Source of the DNA: a virus
Lineage: Duplodnaviria; Caudoviricetes
Length of the DNA: 64,000 nucleotides
IMG/VR virus record: IMGVR_UViG_3300033070_001288
Span: 4,841 to 68,840 of that record
Direction: 5' to 3' (one strand)
Program-made: the position numbers and the translations under genes
Notes under the pieces: model-generated
Seen by the model: only the letters and a program-made list of their open reading frames with translations
Told to the model about the DNA's origin: nothing
Databases searched by the model: none
Shown here: positions 43,485 to 52,932 of the stretch, one piece after another
Layout: each line of letters starts with the position of its first letter
How positions within the stretch are numbered: the first letter of the stretch is position 1

Positions 43485-44684
43485 ATGTTCACCAACCTGT
43501 TCCGCGACATGGACAACCACAAGGGTATCGGCAAGCGTCGGTTCCAGGGTTGGGTCGTGAACAACGACGACTCGAAGGACGAGGACAAGAACAAGCGCCA
43601 GCTGCAGCGCATCAAGGTTCGCATTCACGACCTCCACGACAACGTCAAGGACGAAGACTTGCCGTGGTTGCTACCCGGCAACCTCCCCTCGTATTCGGGC
43701 GGAGCCAACGTGGGCGACCACGGTCCCGTTCCTCCCAACGGGTCTAAGGTATGGGTCGAGTTCGAGGGCGACACGCAGTATCACGGCGTGTACACCGGCG
43801 CCGTGCAGGCAAAGACGAACAAGATATCCGACTTCACCGGCAAGGGCAAGTACGCCAAGAGCTACCCGGCCGCTGCTGGCGGTGTAGACCAGTCGGGCTC
43901 CCTCACCGCGAAGGACCACGTCAAGGACACGTCCGAAGAGACGCACGTCGCGGGTACCACTACGCAGACGGACGGCAAGGGCAACGTGATGAGCGTCGTC
44001 AACGGTGACGCCGAGCGCAAGGACAACCCGAAGGCAGAGAAGCAGTTCCCCAAGGGGTTCAGCACGGTGATCTTCGGCAACCTGAACATACACGTTCAGG
44101 GCGACATAAACGCTAGCTGCTCGGGCAAGGCCAACGTGACGGCCGGCGCAGACGCCAACGTTTCTGCCAAGCAGAAGGTGAACGTGATCGCGGGCGCCGA
44201 CGTTACCGTCAACTCGAAGGGCAAGACCGACGTCGTCGCCCAGGGCGAGGTGCACGTGTCGTCGCAGGACACGGTAAACGTGAGCGCCAAGAAGAAGATC
44301 GCCCTAGACGCGCCCTCCATCACGAGCAGCGTCGTGATCGTCGTCTCCGCTGGAAAGAAGCCGGGAACTCCGGGTGAGCCCGGCAAGGTAATCAAGGCCG
44401 ACCCGCCGAAACCGCGCACGCGCCCCGACCTGCAGGCCAAGGACACGCAGAAGACGAACCAGACGCAAGACGGTAAGATGACCGACGCTCAGCGCGAGGA
44501 AGCCGAGCGCGACCCGACCACCACGAAGGCCGCGCTGGCGGCGATAGACGATGTAGCCAAGAACGACTTGATGGCGCAGGCTCAGGCCGAGCTGATGAAC
44601 GACCCCGGAAAAGACTCGGTGACTAAGAAGGTTAAGCTAGCCGGCGCAGACACCGACTACGAGTACACGGTCAGGAGAGCTTGA
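43485..44684 (+). CDS. baseplate central spike (T4 gp5/P2 gpV-like; OB-fold plus beta-helix, no lysozyme domain)
   Basis: GWVVNNDD..QRIKVRI..LPW..VPPNGSKVWVEFEG, followed by 8-residue V/N/A beta-repeats. Confidence 0.85.
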   Translation: MFTNLFRDMDNHKGIGKRRFQGWVVNNDDSKDEDKNKRQLQRIKVRIHDLHDNVKDEDLPWLLPGNLPSYSGGANVGDHGPVPPNGSKVWVEFEGDTQYHGVYTGAVQAKTNKISDFTGKGKYAKSYPAAAGGVDQSGSLTAKDHVKDTSEETHVAGTTTQTDGKGNVMSVVNGDAERKDNPKAEKQFPKGFSTVIFGNLNIHVQGDINASCSGKANVTAGADANVSAKQKVNVIAGADVTVNSKGKTDVVAQGEVHVSSQDTVNVSAKKKIALDAPSITSSVVIVVSAGKKPGTPGEPGKVIKADPPKPRTRPDLQAKDTQKTNQTQDGKMTDAQREEAERDPTTTKAALAAIDDVAKNDLMAQAQAELMNDPGKDSVTKKVKLAGADTDYEYTVRRA

Positions 44685-45091
44685 TGATAGTTTCCCCCGA
44701 ACTCGCGGCATCCATATATCGGCTGTCAGACATCTCCGTAGCGTACGGAATATCGTCGCAGCAGCCGCTGTCGTTCGACGAGGAGGTCGTCGCGGGTGAG
44801 GTGTACAACGTGCTGTCTACCCGCATAGGCGACGAGCCGTGGGACGCGCTGTACGGATCGAACATCCCGCTGTACGCCTTCGCCCTCTTCACGCCCGCCG
44901 TCGAGCAGAAGGCACTAACCGACGTGTTCCGTGCGCTGAAGACCAACGTACCTCAAGTTACGATGTCTATGGCAGACTCGCAGCTTCTCGTGTCCCCCGA
45001 CTCTCGCGTGCTAGGCATCTCCGTCGGCATCAAGTTTCAGGACAAGCTATTCACGGTCAACCTCGACCTCACGGGAGCATACTCCGGATGA
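44681..45091 (+). CDS. baseplate wedge gp25/gpW-like
   Basis: VYNVLSTRIGDEPWDALYGSNI..FALF..ALKTNVPQV. Confidence 0.8.
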   Translation: MMIVSPELAASIYRLSDISVAYGISSQQPLSFDEEVVAGEVYNVLSTRIGDEPWDALYGSNIPLYAFALFTPAVEQKALTDVFRALKTNVPQVTMSMADSQLLVSPDSRVLGISVGIKFQDKLFTVNLDLTGAYSG

Positions 45092-46563
45092 CGAACCTAC
45101 CGCCGCCCCTCCTCTCCCCCGTAGAGGTAGACTTCTACTCGATACAGGAGGCACTCGCCGCCGACCTGGTGTCCCTCGACTCTTGGCGCAACTTCGCCAA
45201 GGCGGGAACGGGGCAGACGCTGATTCGGTGGCTCGCCACGATAGCCTCCGACGGCAAGGGCGCCAACGCCCGAACGCTGCAGGAGCTGTTCACCGACACG
45301 GCTCGCTCGCCCTCCGCCATCTTTCGCATCATGCGCATGCTCGGGGCGCATATCATACGTGCGCGCTCGGGCACGGCCAACGTGTCGCTGCAGCGCACCG
45401 ATGCCTCGGCATCCAGCCTAGTCATACCCGCGTACACGCAGTGGAACGTGGGCGGCCAAGACTTCTTCAATCGCACGGTCATCGTTCTGCCGGGAACGGG
45501 CGCCGCCGTCGATACTGTGCTGTATCGCGGTAAGCTCACCTACGAATCTTATACCAGCCTGGGCGCGGGGTTCCAGAAGTTCTCGGTGGGGTCGGCCTCT
45601 CTGTGGAACGTGTGCGACGACGACATCTTCGTCACCGACTCCCTCGGCGCCGTGTGGCGACCGATACGCACGGGCCTGTGGCGAGAGCCGGGCACGGCCA
45701 AGACGTTCTACGAGAACACGCTGCCTGACGGCCGCGTAGAGATAAAGTTCGGCGACGGAACCTACGGCGGAATCCTTCCGGCTGGCGGGTTCACCGTTAC
45801 GTACCCCGTCCTCGATACTGCCAGCAACACCCAAGCCTCTCCCGAGGCAGGCTCTCAGGCTCTGCCCACGGGTCTACCTGTCGTCGGTACCCTGACGAGT
45901 TCTGCGTCTGCCAATCTCGACCCTCCGCCGCCTGCCTTCTACAAGTTCATGGGCCCAGGCGCGGTAGCGAACTTCGAGCGCGCCGTCACGCGCGACGATC
46001 ACCGCGCCATAGCGCTGCGCTATCCCGGCGTCGTGGACGCGACGTTCTTGGGGCAGGCGGAGGTTAACCCCTCCGACATTCGGCAAATGAACATCATCCA
46101 CGCCGTTCTCCTGACCAGCACGCCGTGGACTTCGACCGACTGGTTCAGGTTCAAGACGTTCATGGAGCGCGACCGCACCATCGCGTCTACTACGATCGTG
46201 CGACGCGACGCGAAGCCCGTAGACATAACGATCCCCATCAAGATCGAGGCGTTCCCCACGGCCGACTTGCCTTCGCTGGAGGACATCGTCAAGAGTACCG
46301 TGCGCGACTTCTTCGCTCAGAAGGCCGGGTCTCTCGGCGCCAGCTACTACCCCTCCGACCTCATCGTAGCGATCAAAGAGCAGTCTACGTACCAGCAGGC
46401 ACCTAACGAGTCGGGCGACCTCATCGACACGATATCTGTCCCGATGGACCCGGTGCTGCTGCCGCCGACGGCGTACTTCAACCTAGTCGACGTGACTGTG
46501 GCCGTGTCGTACAGCCTGCGAACTGCGTCAGCAGCGTCGCTCTCGCAGACGCTAGGAGTCTGA
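45088..46563 (+). CDS. baseplate wedge gp6/gpJ-like
   Basis: LFTDTARS..MLG; EIKFGDGTYG; RAVTRDDH..YPGV; ATGA overlap gives the start at 45088. Confidence 0.85.
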   Translation: MTNLPPPLLSPVEVDFYSIQEALAADLVSLDSWRNFAKAGTGQTLIRWLATIASDGKGANARTLQELFTDTARSPSAIFRIMRMLGAHIIRARSGTANVSLQRTDASASSLVIPAYTQWNVGGQDFFNRTVIVLPGTGAAVDTVLYRGKLTYESYTSLGAGFQKFSVGSASLWNVCDDDIFVTDSLGAVWRPIRTGLWREPGTAKTFYENTLPDGRVEIKFGDGTYGGILPAGGFTVTYPVLDTASNTQASPEAGSQALPTGLPVVGTLTSSASANLDPPPPAFYKFMGPGAVANFERAVTRDDHRAIALRYPGVVDATFLGQAEVNPSDIRQMNIIHAVLLTSTPWTSTDWFRFKTFMERDRTIASTTIVRRDAKPVDITIPIKIEAFPTADLPSLEDIVKSTVRDFFAQKAGSLGASYYPSDLIVAIKEQSTYQQAPNESGDLIDTISVPMDPVLLPPTAYFNLVDVTVAVSYSLRTASAASLSQTLGV

Positions 46564-46564
46564 A

Positions 46565-48643
46565 GTGATAGACTATGTAGACCCCGACAACCCGTTTGCG
46601 TCTCCGTCGCCTACGCGAGACTTCTACCCTGACGTGCTGCTAGAGGGACTAGCGCCGCACGACGACTTCGTGATGAAGACGAAGCCGGGCGTTCCTCCGG
46701 GGTTCGACCTTACCGCTCTCATGTCCGAGTCGATGCGAGCGCGCCCCGTGTGGAACGACATGGCACGCGTAGCGAGCCGCGTACTCTACGACTACGTGGA
46801 GAAGACGCGCATAGCGATGCAGCTGGGGCGTGACCCCGAGTCGCTGTCTCGCGTCCTCAAGATCGTCGCGCTCAAGATGCTCGGCATCGACTGGCGTTCA
46901 GACAAGCTGACAGACGCAGACTACGACCGAGTTCTCGAAGCGGTAACTCTCTACCAGCAGAACCACGGACCCCAAGACTTCGTGGCGTTCATGGGCTACG
47001 CGCTGGGCGTCCCCCTGGAGATGATGAAGCTGTGGACGAAAGACTACGCGCACCTCACGCTGGGTCCCAGCTGGGGCGAGGGCGTCGTCTACGGAAAGCC
47101 CGGCGGGTCTGGTATGGACAAGGAGGGTCCGTGGTACCCGACGTCTCACGTTGCGATCCTGTACGAGGAGTTCGCTGCGAACGCCGACAAGGTAGACATA
47201 CCCGCGCTTACCGACCTGTTCTACCGCATGGCACCTATCCACCTGGTGCTAGAGTTCATCGCGTCGCAGGTGACGCTGCGCCTGACGCTGTTCGTCTCGA
47301 CCAAGTTCTTCGAGGGTAGCGAGGACACTATAATCGCTCGCTCCGACCCGCGTATTCCCCTGTACTTGACGGAGGCGCACTACGAGCGAAGCGTCGACAC
47401 TATCCTCACAGAACCACCGCACCCCAATCGCGAGGTTCCCCTACCCGTCGTCGTGGCCGGGCAGGACGTAGGTACAGATCGCGTGGCTACGCGCAAGCCC
47501 GGCGTATTCTGGTCGACAGGCGAAGACCTCGCGACTAGCGGCGTGCTGCTGTCTACCTCAGGTGTCGAGGCGCCGTCGAAGACGGGCTCCGGCGCCGTGA
47601 TGAAGGGAGTAGACTCTCCCGCGTTCACCGACTTTGCAGGCAACTCGGGGCTGCTCGTGAACGCCGCCCGCCGCAGCTCCATCGTTAACGGAGGGAACCC
47701 CGGGCTTGCCGGGTGGAGTCGCGGAGCGAACTTCGTGCCTGGGACCACCAGCCTGGTGGCGGGACTAGTCTGCGTAGACGTTACAGTTACCAACCAGGCT
47801 CCCGTAGAGACTGTAGGTCTAGAGTCGGGTAGCCACGCTCTGCGCTGGACTCTGCGCCGCGTTTCCGGGGCGGCGTGCTGCGCCGTCGTTCGCGGCTCCA
47901 GCACGTTCGTGTTCAACCTGGCGACGGGCGCGGTGGTGCAGGGCAACGCGTCGTGCGCCGTCGAGGACCTGGGCGGCGGGTGGTACTCTCTCCGCGCACT
48001 AACCGCAGGAGACCAGATCAAGTTCTACCCGGCGTGGGGAGCAGATGCCGCGGGCTCTGGCAGCGCGGCAGGATCGTACCTGTGGTACTCTGCGCAAGCC
48101 GAGAAGGACCAGCTGTACCCCACCGTCTCGTTCAAGTCTGGTGCCGTACGCCCCAGCCTGCTTCAGCCCAACGCGATCACGCTGGGCAACCCGCAGCAGT
48201 TTGCCTACGACTACGGCTTCCTTCTGATAGACGCCGTTCCCTGGTACCCTGAGTGGCAGGCGGCTAAGCAGTCGCTGCTAAGCGGGGTGGCCAACCTCGG
48301 AGACACGCTGTCCCTCAACGTTGACACCGACGGGCGCATACTCTACGCGGCGAAGGTGGGAGCTACGACGTACACGGCGAAGACTGCGGCCGCCGTATCC
48401 GCGGGCTCACCCGCTAAGGTGGCACTGTCGTGGAACAGGCATACAGACACGATACGGCTATACTTCGCGGGAGCGTATGCAGACGTCGCGTCTCGGCTCC
48501 CGTCCAATTTGTACCAGGCAGCGGCGATGCACCCCCTAGGGATGCCCGCAACGTCTACCTGGGTTGTGAGGAAGCTGTGCCTAACGGGGACTTCAGACCC
48601 CGCGGTAGTATCCCACGCACTCCTCTCGGCGCTAACTAGCTAG
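46565..48643 (+). CDS. baseplate gp7/gpI-like protein with C-terminal lectin-like extension
   Basis: N-terminal LKMLG..YQQNHGP..ALG..LWTKDY..APIHLV, then a beta-rich concanavalin-like region. Confidence 0.55.
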   Translation: MIDYVDPDNPFASPSPTRDFYPDVLLEGLAPHDDFVMKTKPGVPPGFDLTALMSESMRARPVWNDMARVASRVLYDYVEKTRIAMQLGRDPESLSRVLKIVALKMLGIDWRSDKLTDADYDRVLEAVTLYQQNHGPQDFVAFMGYALGVPLEMMKLWTKDYAHLTLGPSWGEGVVYGKPGGSGMDKEGPWYPTSHVAILYEEFAANADKVDIPALTDLFYRMAPIHLVLEFIASQVTLRLTLFVSTKFFEGSEDTIIARSDPRIPLYLTEAHYERSVDTILTEPPHPNREVPLPVVVAGQDVGTDRVATRKPGVFWSTGEDLATSGVLLSTSGVEAPSKTGSGAVMKGVDSPAFTDFAGNSGLLVNAARRSSIVNGGNPGLAGWSRGANFVPGTTSLVAGLVCVDVTVTNQAPVETVGLESGSHALRWTLRRVSGAACCAVVRGSSTFVFNLATGAVVQGNASCAVEDLGGGWYSLRALTAGDQIKFYPAWGADAAGSGSAAGSYLWYSAQAEKDQLYPTVSFKSGAVRPSLLQPNAITLGNPQQFAYDYGFLLIDAVPWYPEWQAAKQSLLSGVANLGDTLSLNVDTDGRILYAAKVGATTYTAKTAAAVSAGSPAKVALSWNRHTDTIRLYFAGAYADVASRLPSNLYQAAAMHPLGMPATSTWVVRKLCLTGTSDPAVVSHALLSALTS
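48501..48513 (+). promoter_or_regulatory. candidate late-promoter motif CGTCCAATTTGTA
   Basis: About 140 nt before the fibre gene run; shares CCAATTTGTA with 5608. Confidence 0.45.
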
Positions 48644-48651
48644 GAATCCGC

Positions 48652-49377
48652 ATGACTGCCCAGGTAGCAACACTCACGAAGCTCGGCACTTCGCTGATCA
48701 TGCAAGCGATAGTGAACGCGACGCCCTTCTCGATAACGTCTGTCCGTGTCATTTCCAGCGTGCTCTCGTGCACGGGAGACGAGACTGCGGCAGACTTCGC
48801 CTCGCCCGTCTATACGCGCTCGAACCCCAGCTGCGCTCCGATGAACAGTAACGTGCTTCGCTGCATGCTCGACATGGACGCGTCGGTAGGCACGTTCGAC
48901 ATTGGCACGGTCGGCCTGTTCTCGGGGTCGAACCTCATCGCTCTGGCGGCGTTTCCCGGCGCTGGCCAGAAGATCGCCAGCAACCTCCCAACTTCGCTCG
49001 GCAACCTGCGAACGCTGCTCGTAGACGTTCAGTTCGCGCTAGTCGCTACGGCCATCGCGTCTGCTGGCCTGTACCCGCAGCCGGCCATACAGAACTTCCC
49101 CAGCCCTGGAGCCACGCAGGCCGTCGATCTCACGATGGGCGACGTCAAGCTCACCGTCGGCGCTAACCTTACGATAAACGCCTCGGCGGTAGGCACGCGT
49201 CGCGTCTCGATGATCTTCGTGAAGAGTGGAACTTCGGTGGTGGTCACGTTCGGCACCAATATCAAGTCGCAGGGCACCCTGACGCTGTCGGGTGCCGCAG
49301 GTACGGCCTACGTCGTAGAGTTCGCCTGCGACGGAGTCAATGCATACGAAGTAGCGCGCTCGCCCGCGGGCATGTAA
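48652..49377 (+). CDS. tail collar/fibre attachment protein
   Basis: LTKLG..AI..PFSIT..; VGTFDIGTVGLF..LIALA tail-collar-fibre pattern. Confidence 0.6.
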   Translation: MTAQVATLTKLGTSLIMQAIVNATPFSITSVRVISSVLSCTGDETAADFASPVYTRSNPSCAPMNSNVLRCMLDMDASVGTFDIGTVGLFSGSNLIALAAFPGAGQKIASNLPTSLGNLRTLLVDVQFALVATAIASAGLYPQPAIQNFPSPGATQAVDLTMGDVKLTVGANLTINASAVGTRRVSMIFVKSGTSVVVTFGTNIKSQGTLTLSGAAGTAYVVEFACDGVNAYEVARSPAGM

Positions 49378-49394
49378 ATCAGGAGAAGTAGAAC

Positions 49395-51431
49395 ATGAGC
49401 TATGAAACTTCGGGCGTAGTGCTCAAGGCGGGTATCTCCGCCGCAATTCAGGCCGGCTCGACTGGCCCGCTGATGGACGTGGCGGGGTTCCGTATCGGCA
49501 GCTCCTCCGCTGCGGAGGGAGCGGTTGCTCTAGAGACGGATACCGACGTCGACAACTTCGTCTACGCCGGCGACACGTCGATGCTCACGTACAACCAGAT
49601 CGACGAGGACACGCTAGTCTGGATCATCGCGCTGCCGCGATCGGTCGGCGACTTTCAGGTCGGCAACATCTGCATCACGCTGGCGGGCGGCGCCAACCTC
49701 TGCAAGGCGGTCCTTCCTGGACAGTCTCCCAAGTATCGCGACAACCCGCCGCAGGTCGTTGGCAACTACAAGGTGTACAACATCGTCATGCACCTGGCGA
49801 ACGCCGCCGGTGCCATCAACCTGTCCGTCCTCGAGGCGAACAACGCCTCGCTTCCCGAGGTGCCGACCGAACTCGACCTCCCTGCGCCTAACAGCACGCC
49901 GTACAACGCGTACCTAGTCCGTAACCACACGCACATTGGTCAGCCCTGTATCGCCGTTCGCGTCGTCAACGCGTGGACGTTCTCGGCCCACTACGACGCG
50001 CCCAACGCAGGTCGCGGTATCGTAGCCGTCTCTCCTACGATGTTCATGTCGGCAGACGCGTACGGCTCCAAGGCCGCGCTCGCACAGGGCGCCGTCGGTT
50101 GGAACAAGACGCCGAAGCAGTTCACGGCAGCCGACGGAGCTTCGCTCACTGAGGTACCCGTGGGCGTCCGCATATCGTCCTACCAGGTCGTCACGCTCGG
50201 CATGATATCCGGCGCGTCTGCCGGCGTCAGCGGAACTCTGACTCCGGGCACACCTTACTACGCAGGCACTGGAGCGAGCACGGGCAAGCTCGTAACGGCC
50301 GTCAACGGTCCGGTGCTGGCTGTGGCCGTGAGCGCCACAGACCTGTACGTCGATACCACTTCGCTGTGGCGCAACTCCATCGCCAGCACCATAATCACCA
50401 CGAACTTCATCGAGGCCAACTCGCTGTTCATCGACGTGACGGGCGACGTACTCGACGTAGACCTCAAGCCGGGTTCCGTCGTGTACGCGCGGATGGTAGG
50501 TCTGAATCGCACGTGGTCTCGTTCCGACCCGCTCGACGACGCGAACCCCATCAAGCTCGCGGTGGGCGTGCTGAACAACGACAAGACGCGCGCCATCCTC
50601 GCGGGCCTCGTCAAGATCACGGCATCCAGCAACGACCTGCCCGGAGCGCTGACCGTGGGTCAGGTACTGGCGTGCGATGGTGGCGCCGATCGCGGAAAGC
50701 TGAAGACGCAGGACCACACCGACTCGTACATCATAGGTACGGCTGTGGCGGCGGACACGATCAACGTTCGCTTTAATCCGATCGCCAATGTCGCGCAGCA
50801 CCTTCTCGGTGCGCGACACGATATCGTGACTACGCCCTACGGCGTTAAGCAGATGATCGACGCCGCCGTAGCCGGCATTCACATCCCCGGCGTGGTCTAC
50901 CCCATGGCGTACGACTCTGTCAACAACCGCTACTATATCTATAATGCGGATCAGGTGAACCTCGGCGTAGGACGAGCCGCTACCGACCTCGAAGTGACGA
51001 ATATGGCGGTTGCCCTAGGTAGCAACACGCCATACCCTTGGATTACTCCGCAGCAGATACCTATAATCCTAGGCCTGATCCCTCCTCCCGATCCCTGGGG
51101 AACAGGAATAGGAGCTATAGTAACGGCCGGTCTGCTGCTGTATTCATCTACCGGCGATAACGTAGTCGGTAAGACGGTACCAGCCTCGGGTCTGACTAGC
51201 GGTACCAGCGTATTCAGCGGCGTGGTATATAATATGGTGATCGGCCCCTGTTCTCCTCCAGGATCACTGCTAATCGTGGGTGGAGGCGGTCCCAGTGCTC
51301 AGTCTGCATGGAGCGACGTTCGCCGTTCGTCTTTTGCGGGGGTATGGACGGTAGTTAACCAAATCGCACACTATACTGACGGAGGTTCTGGTAACTTGAC
51401 AGAGACCATAGTTCTCAAGCGTACCGCGTGA
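49395..51431 (+). CDS. tail fibre protein
   Basis: N-terminal collar domain paralogous to the previous gene (VGDFQVGNICI), followed by fibre segments. Confidence 0.7.
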   Translation: MSYETSGVVLKAGISAAIQAGSTGPLMDVAGFRIGSSSAAEGAVALETDTDVDNFVYAGDTSMLTYNQIDEDTLVWIIALPRSVGDFQVGNICITLAGGANLCKAVLPGQSPKYRDNPPQVVGNYKVYNIVMHLANAAGAINLSVLEANNASLPEVPTELDLPAPNSTPYNAYLVRNHTHIGQPCIAVRVVNAWTFSAHYDAPNAGRGIVAVSPTMFMSADAYGSKAALAQGAVGWNKTPKQFTAADGASLTEVPVGVRISSYQVVTLGMISGASAGVSGTLTPGTPYYAGTGASTGKLVTAVNGPVLAVAVSATDLYVDTTSLWRNSIASTIITTNFIEANSLFIDVTGDVLDVDLKPGSVVYARMVGLNRTWSRSDPLDDANPIKLAVGVLNNDKTRAILAGLVKITASSNDLPGALTVGQVLACDGGADRGKLKTQDHTDSYIIGTAVAADTINVRFNPIANVAQHLLGARHDIVTTPYGVKQMIDAAVAGIHIPGVVYPMAYDSVNNRYYIYNADQVNLGVGRAATDLEVTNMAVALGSNTPYPWITPQQIPIILGLIPPPDPWGTGIGAIVTAGLLLYSSTGDNVVGKTVPASGLTSGTSVFSGVVYNMVIGPCSPPGSLLIVGGGGPSAQSAWSDVRRSSFAGVWTVVNQIAHYTDGGSGNLTETIVLKRTA

Positions 51432-51449
51432 TACAGAAGGAGAAAAGAT

Positions 51450-51677
51450 ATGCAGATAACTCTAGTAGACGATCCTAAAGCCGCATTCTCTCGGGAAGAT
51501 ATGCGATGCATAGACTGTGATGTTTTGATCGACGGCCAATCCCACAGGTACACCGCCCGAGCCGACGACGTGGAGCCTCAAGGTAGAGCATTGTATGCAA
51601 CGTTGATGCTCACGCCCGACAAGATCACGCCCTACGCTCCGCCGAAGGTGGCGGAGCCTGCCGACACCGAAAAGTAG
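51450..51677 (+). CDS. tail fibre assembly chaperone
   Basis: IDCDV...YTARADDVEPQGRALY motif directly after the fibre gene. Confidence 0.65.
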   Translation: MQITLVDDPKAAFSREDMRCIDCDVLIDGQSHRYTARADDVEPQGRALYATLMLTPDKITPYAPPKVAEPADTEK

Positions 51678-51686
51678 GAGACCCTG

Positions 51687-52529
51687 ATGTCCTTTCTCGA
51701 TGTACTCAGGTCGATATTCTCTAGCGCCCCGGCTCTGACCAAGCAGGCGGAAGCGAAGGCTGCAGAGACGCCTTCTCCGTCGGTGGTGGTCGTGCCCGCG
51801 CCCAAGCCCTCCGCTGTTCCGGCCCCCGTCGTCAAGACCCCCTCGCCGACGCAGTACGACCCGCTGACTCCCGCTCAGCGCAAGACGGCGCAGGCCATCA
51901 TTCAGGTGTTCGAGACTGGTCGCTACAGCCCCGGGAGCTACGGCGCCGTCTCCAACGCCGCAGGAGACGCTGGCGGCCTGTCCTACGGTTCGCACCAAGT
52001 GTCGCTCACGTCGGGCAACCTGTACCTGCTCCTGCGCAACTACTACGACGCGGGAGGTTCCCAGGCGGCGAAGCTGAGGCCCTACCTTACGCGCATCGCC
52101 AACAAGGAGCGCGCGGTCGGCGCGTCTGCTCAGCTGCAGGCTATACTGCGCGATGCCGGCGCCGACCCGATCATGAAGCGCTGCCAAGACGAGTACTTCG
52201 ACGCGAACTTCTGGCGGCCGTCGGCGCGAGACGCTCAGGCTCGAAAGTTCGTCACGCCGCTGGCCTACGCCCTGTCGTTCGACGGGCATATCCAGGGCGG
52301 GTGGGGCAAGATCGCGCCGCGTGTCTCGACCAAGCTGGCCGAGAAGGACTGGTGTCGAGAATACGTCAGGCAGCGCCGCGCCTGGCTGCTAGCTGGCCAT
52401 GGTATAGTGCCGAAGACGGTGTACCGCATGGACACGTTCTCGGATCTGATCAAGAAGGGCAACTGGAACCTCGATCTCCCCCTCGCGGCCCACGGCGTTA
52501 CGATCACGGCGAAGATGCTGGAGGCGTAG
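51687..52529 (+). CDS. lysozyme-like (chitosanase-like) peptidoglycan hydrolase, probable endolysin
   Basis: IIQVFETG..GDAGGLSYGSHQ..QDEYFDANFW..SFDGHIQGG..TVYRMDTF; Pro/Ala-rich N-terminal linker. Confidence 0.7.
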   Translation: MSFLDVLRSIFSSAPALTKQAEAKAAETPSPSVVVVPAPKPSAVPAPVVKTPSPTQYDPLTPAQRKTAQAIIQVFETGRYSPGSYGAVSNAAGDAGGLSYGSHQVSLTSGNLYLLLRNYYDAGGSQAAKLRPYLTRIANKERAVGASAQLQAILRDAGADPIMKRCQDEYFDANFWRPSARDAQARKFVTPLAYALSFDGHIQGGWGKIAPRVSTKLAEKDWCREYVRQRRAWLLAGHGIVPKTVYRMDTFSDLIKKGNWNLDLPLAAHGVTITAKMLEA

Positions 52530-52925
52530 ATGCAGTCTCTGGTATTCAACTCGGTACCTACCTGCGCGGACCACCCTGTACGCCTCGTCGTATGGCGCGG
52601 TCCGCAAGAAGACTACGCGGTCGGCCAGTCTGACGCCGACCGCCCCGCAGGTTACCGCCCCGTAGACTTGACGGGGTGCGCTCTCGCACTCTACGTCTAC
52701 AAGGGCACGACTCTGGTGGCAACGCTGAGGAGCGACGGGACGTCTCCCCAGGTGGCGATCATGCCCGGCACGCAGGGGAAGATAGTCGTTACGTTCAAGG
52801 CGGTGAACTTCACCACCGCCGCGACGGGTACTTACGACCACGCGATGAAGTGCGTCTTCCCTGGCGGCAGATCAGATACTCTGTGGATAGGTCCCCTGAA
52901 CTTGATAGCCGTGCCCACGGTCTGA
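52530..52925 (+). CDS. BppU-like fibre adaptor domain protein
   Basis: PVDLTG......GKIVVTF...GTYDH....G..DTLWIG pattern. Confidence 0.5.
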   Translation: MQSLVFNSVPTCADHPVRLVVWRGPQEDYAVGQSDADRPAGYRPVDLTGCALALYVYKGTTLVATLRSDGTSPQVAIMPGTQGKIVVTFKAVNFTTAATGTYDHAMKCVFPGGRSDTLWIGPLNLIAVPTV

Positions 52926-52932
52926 GAGCTAC

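Noticed and set aside
9017-44839. Upstream-extended starts in the ORF track (9017, 21519, 32046, 32905, 44839 and others)
   Set aside because: Downstream ATGs have proper RBSs or stop-start overlaps. The extensions run through promoters or neighbouring genes.
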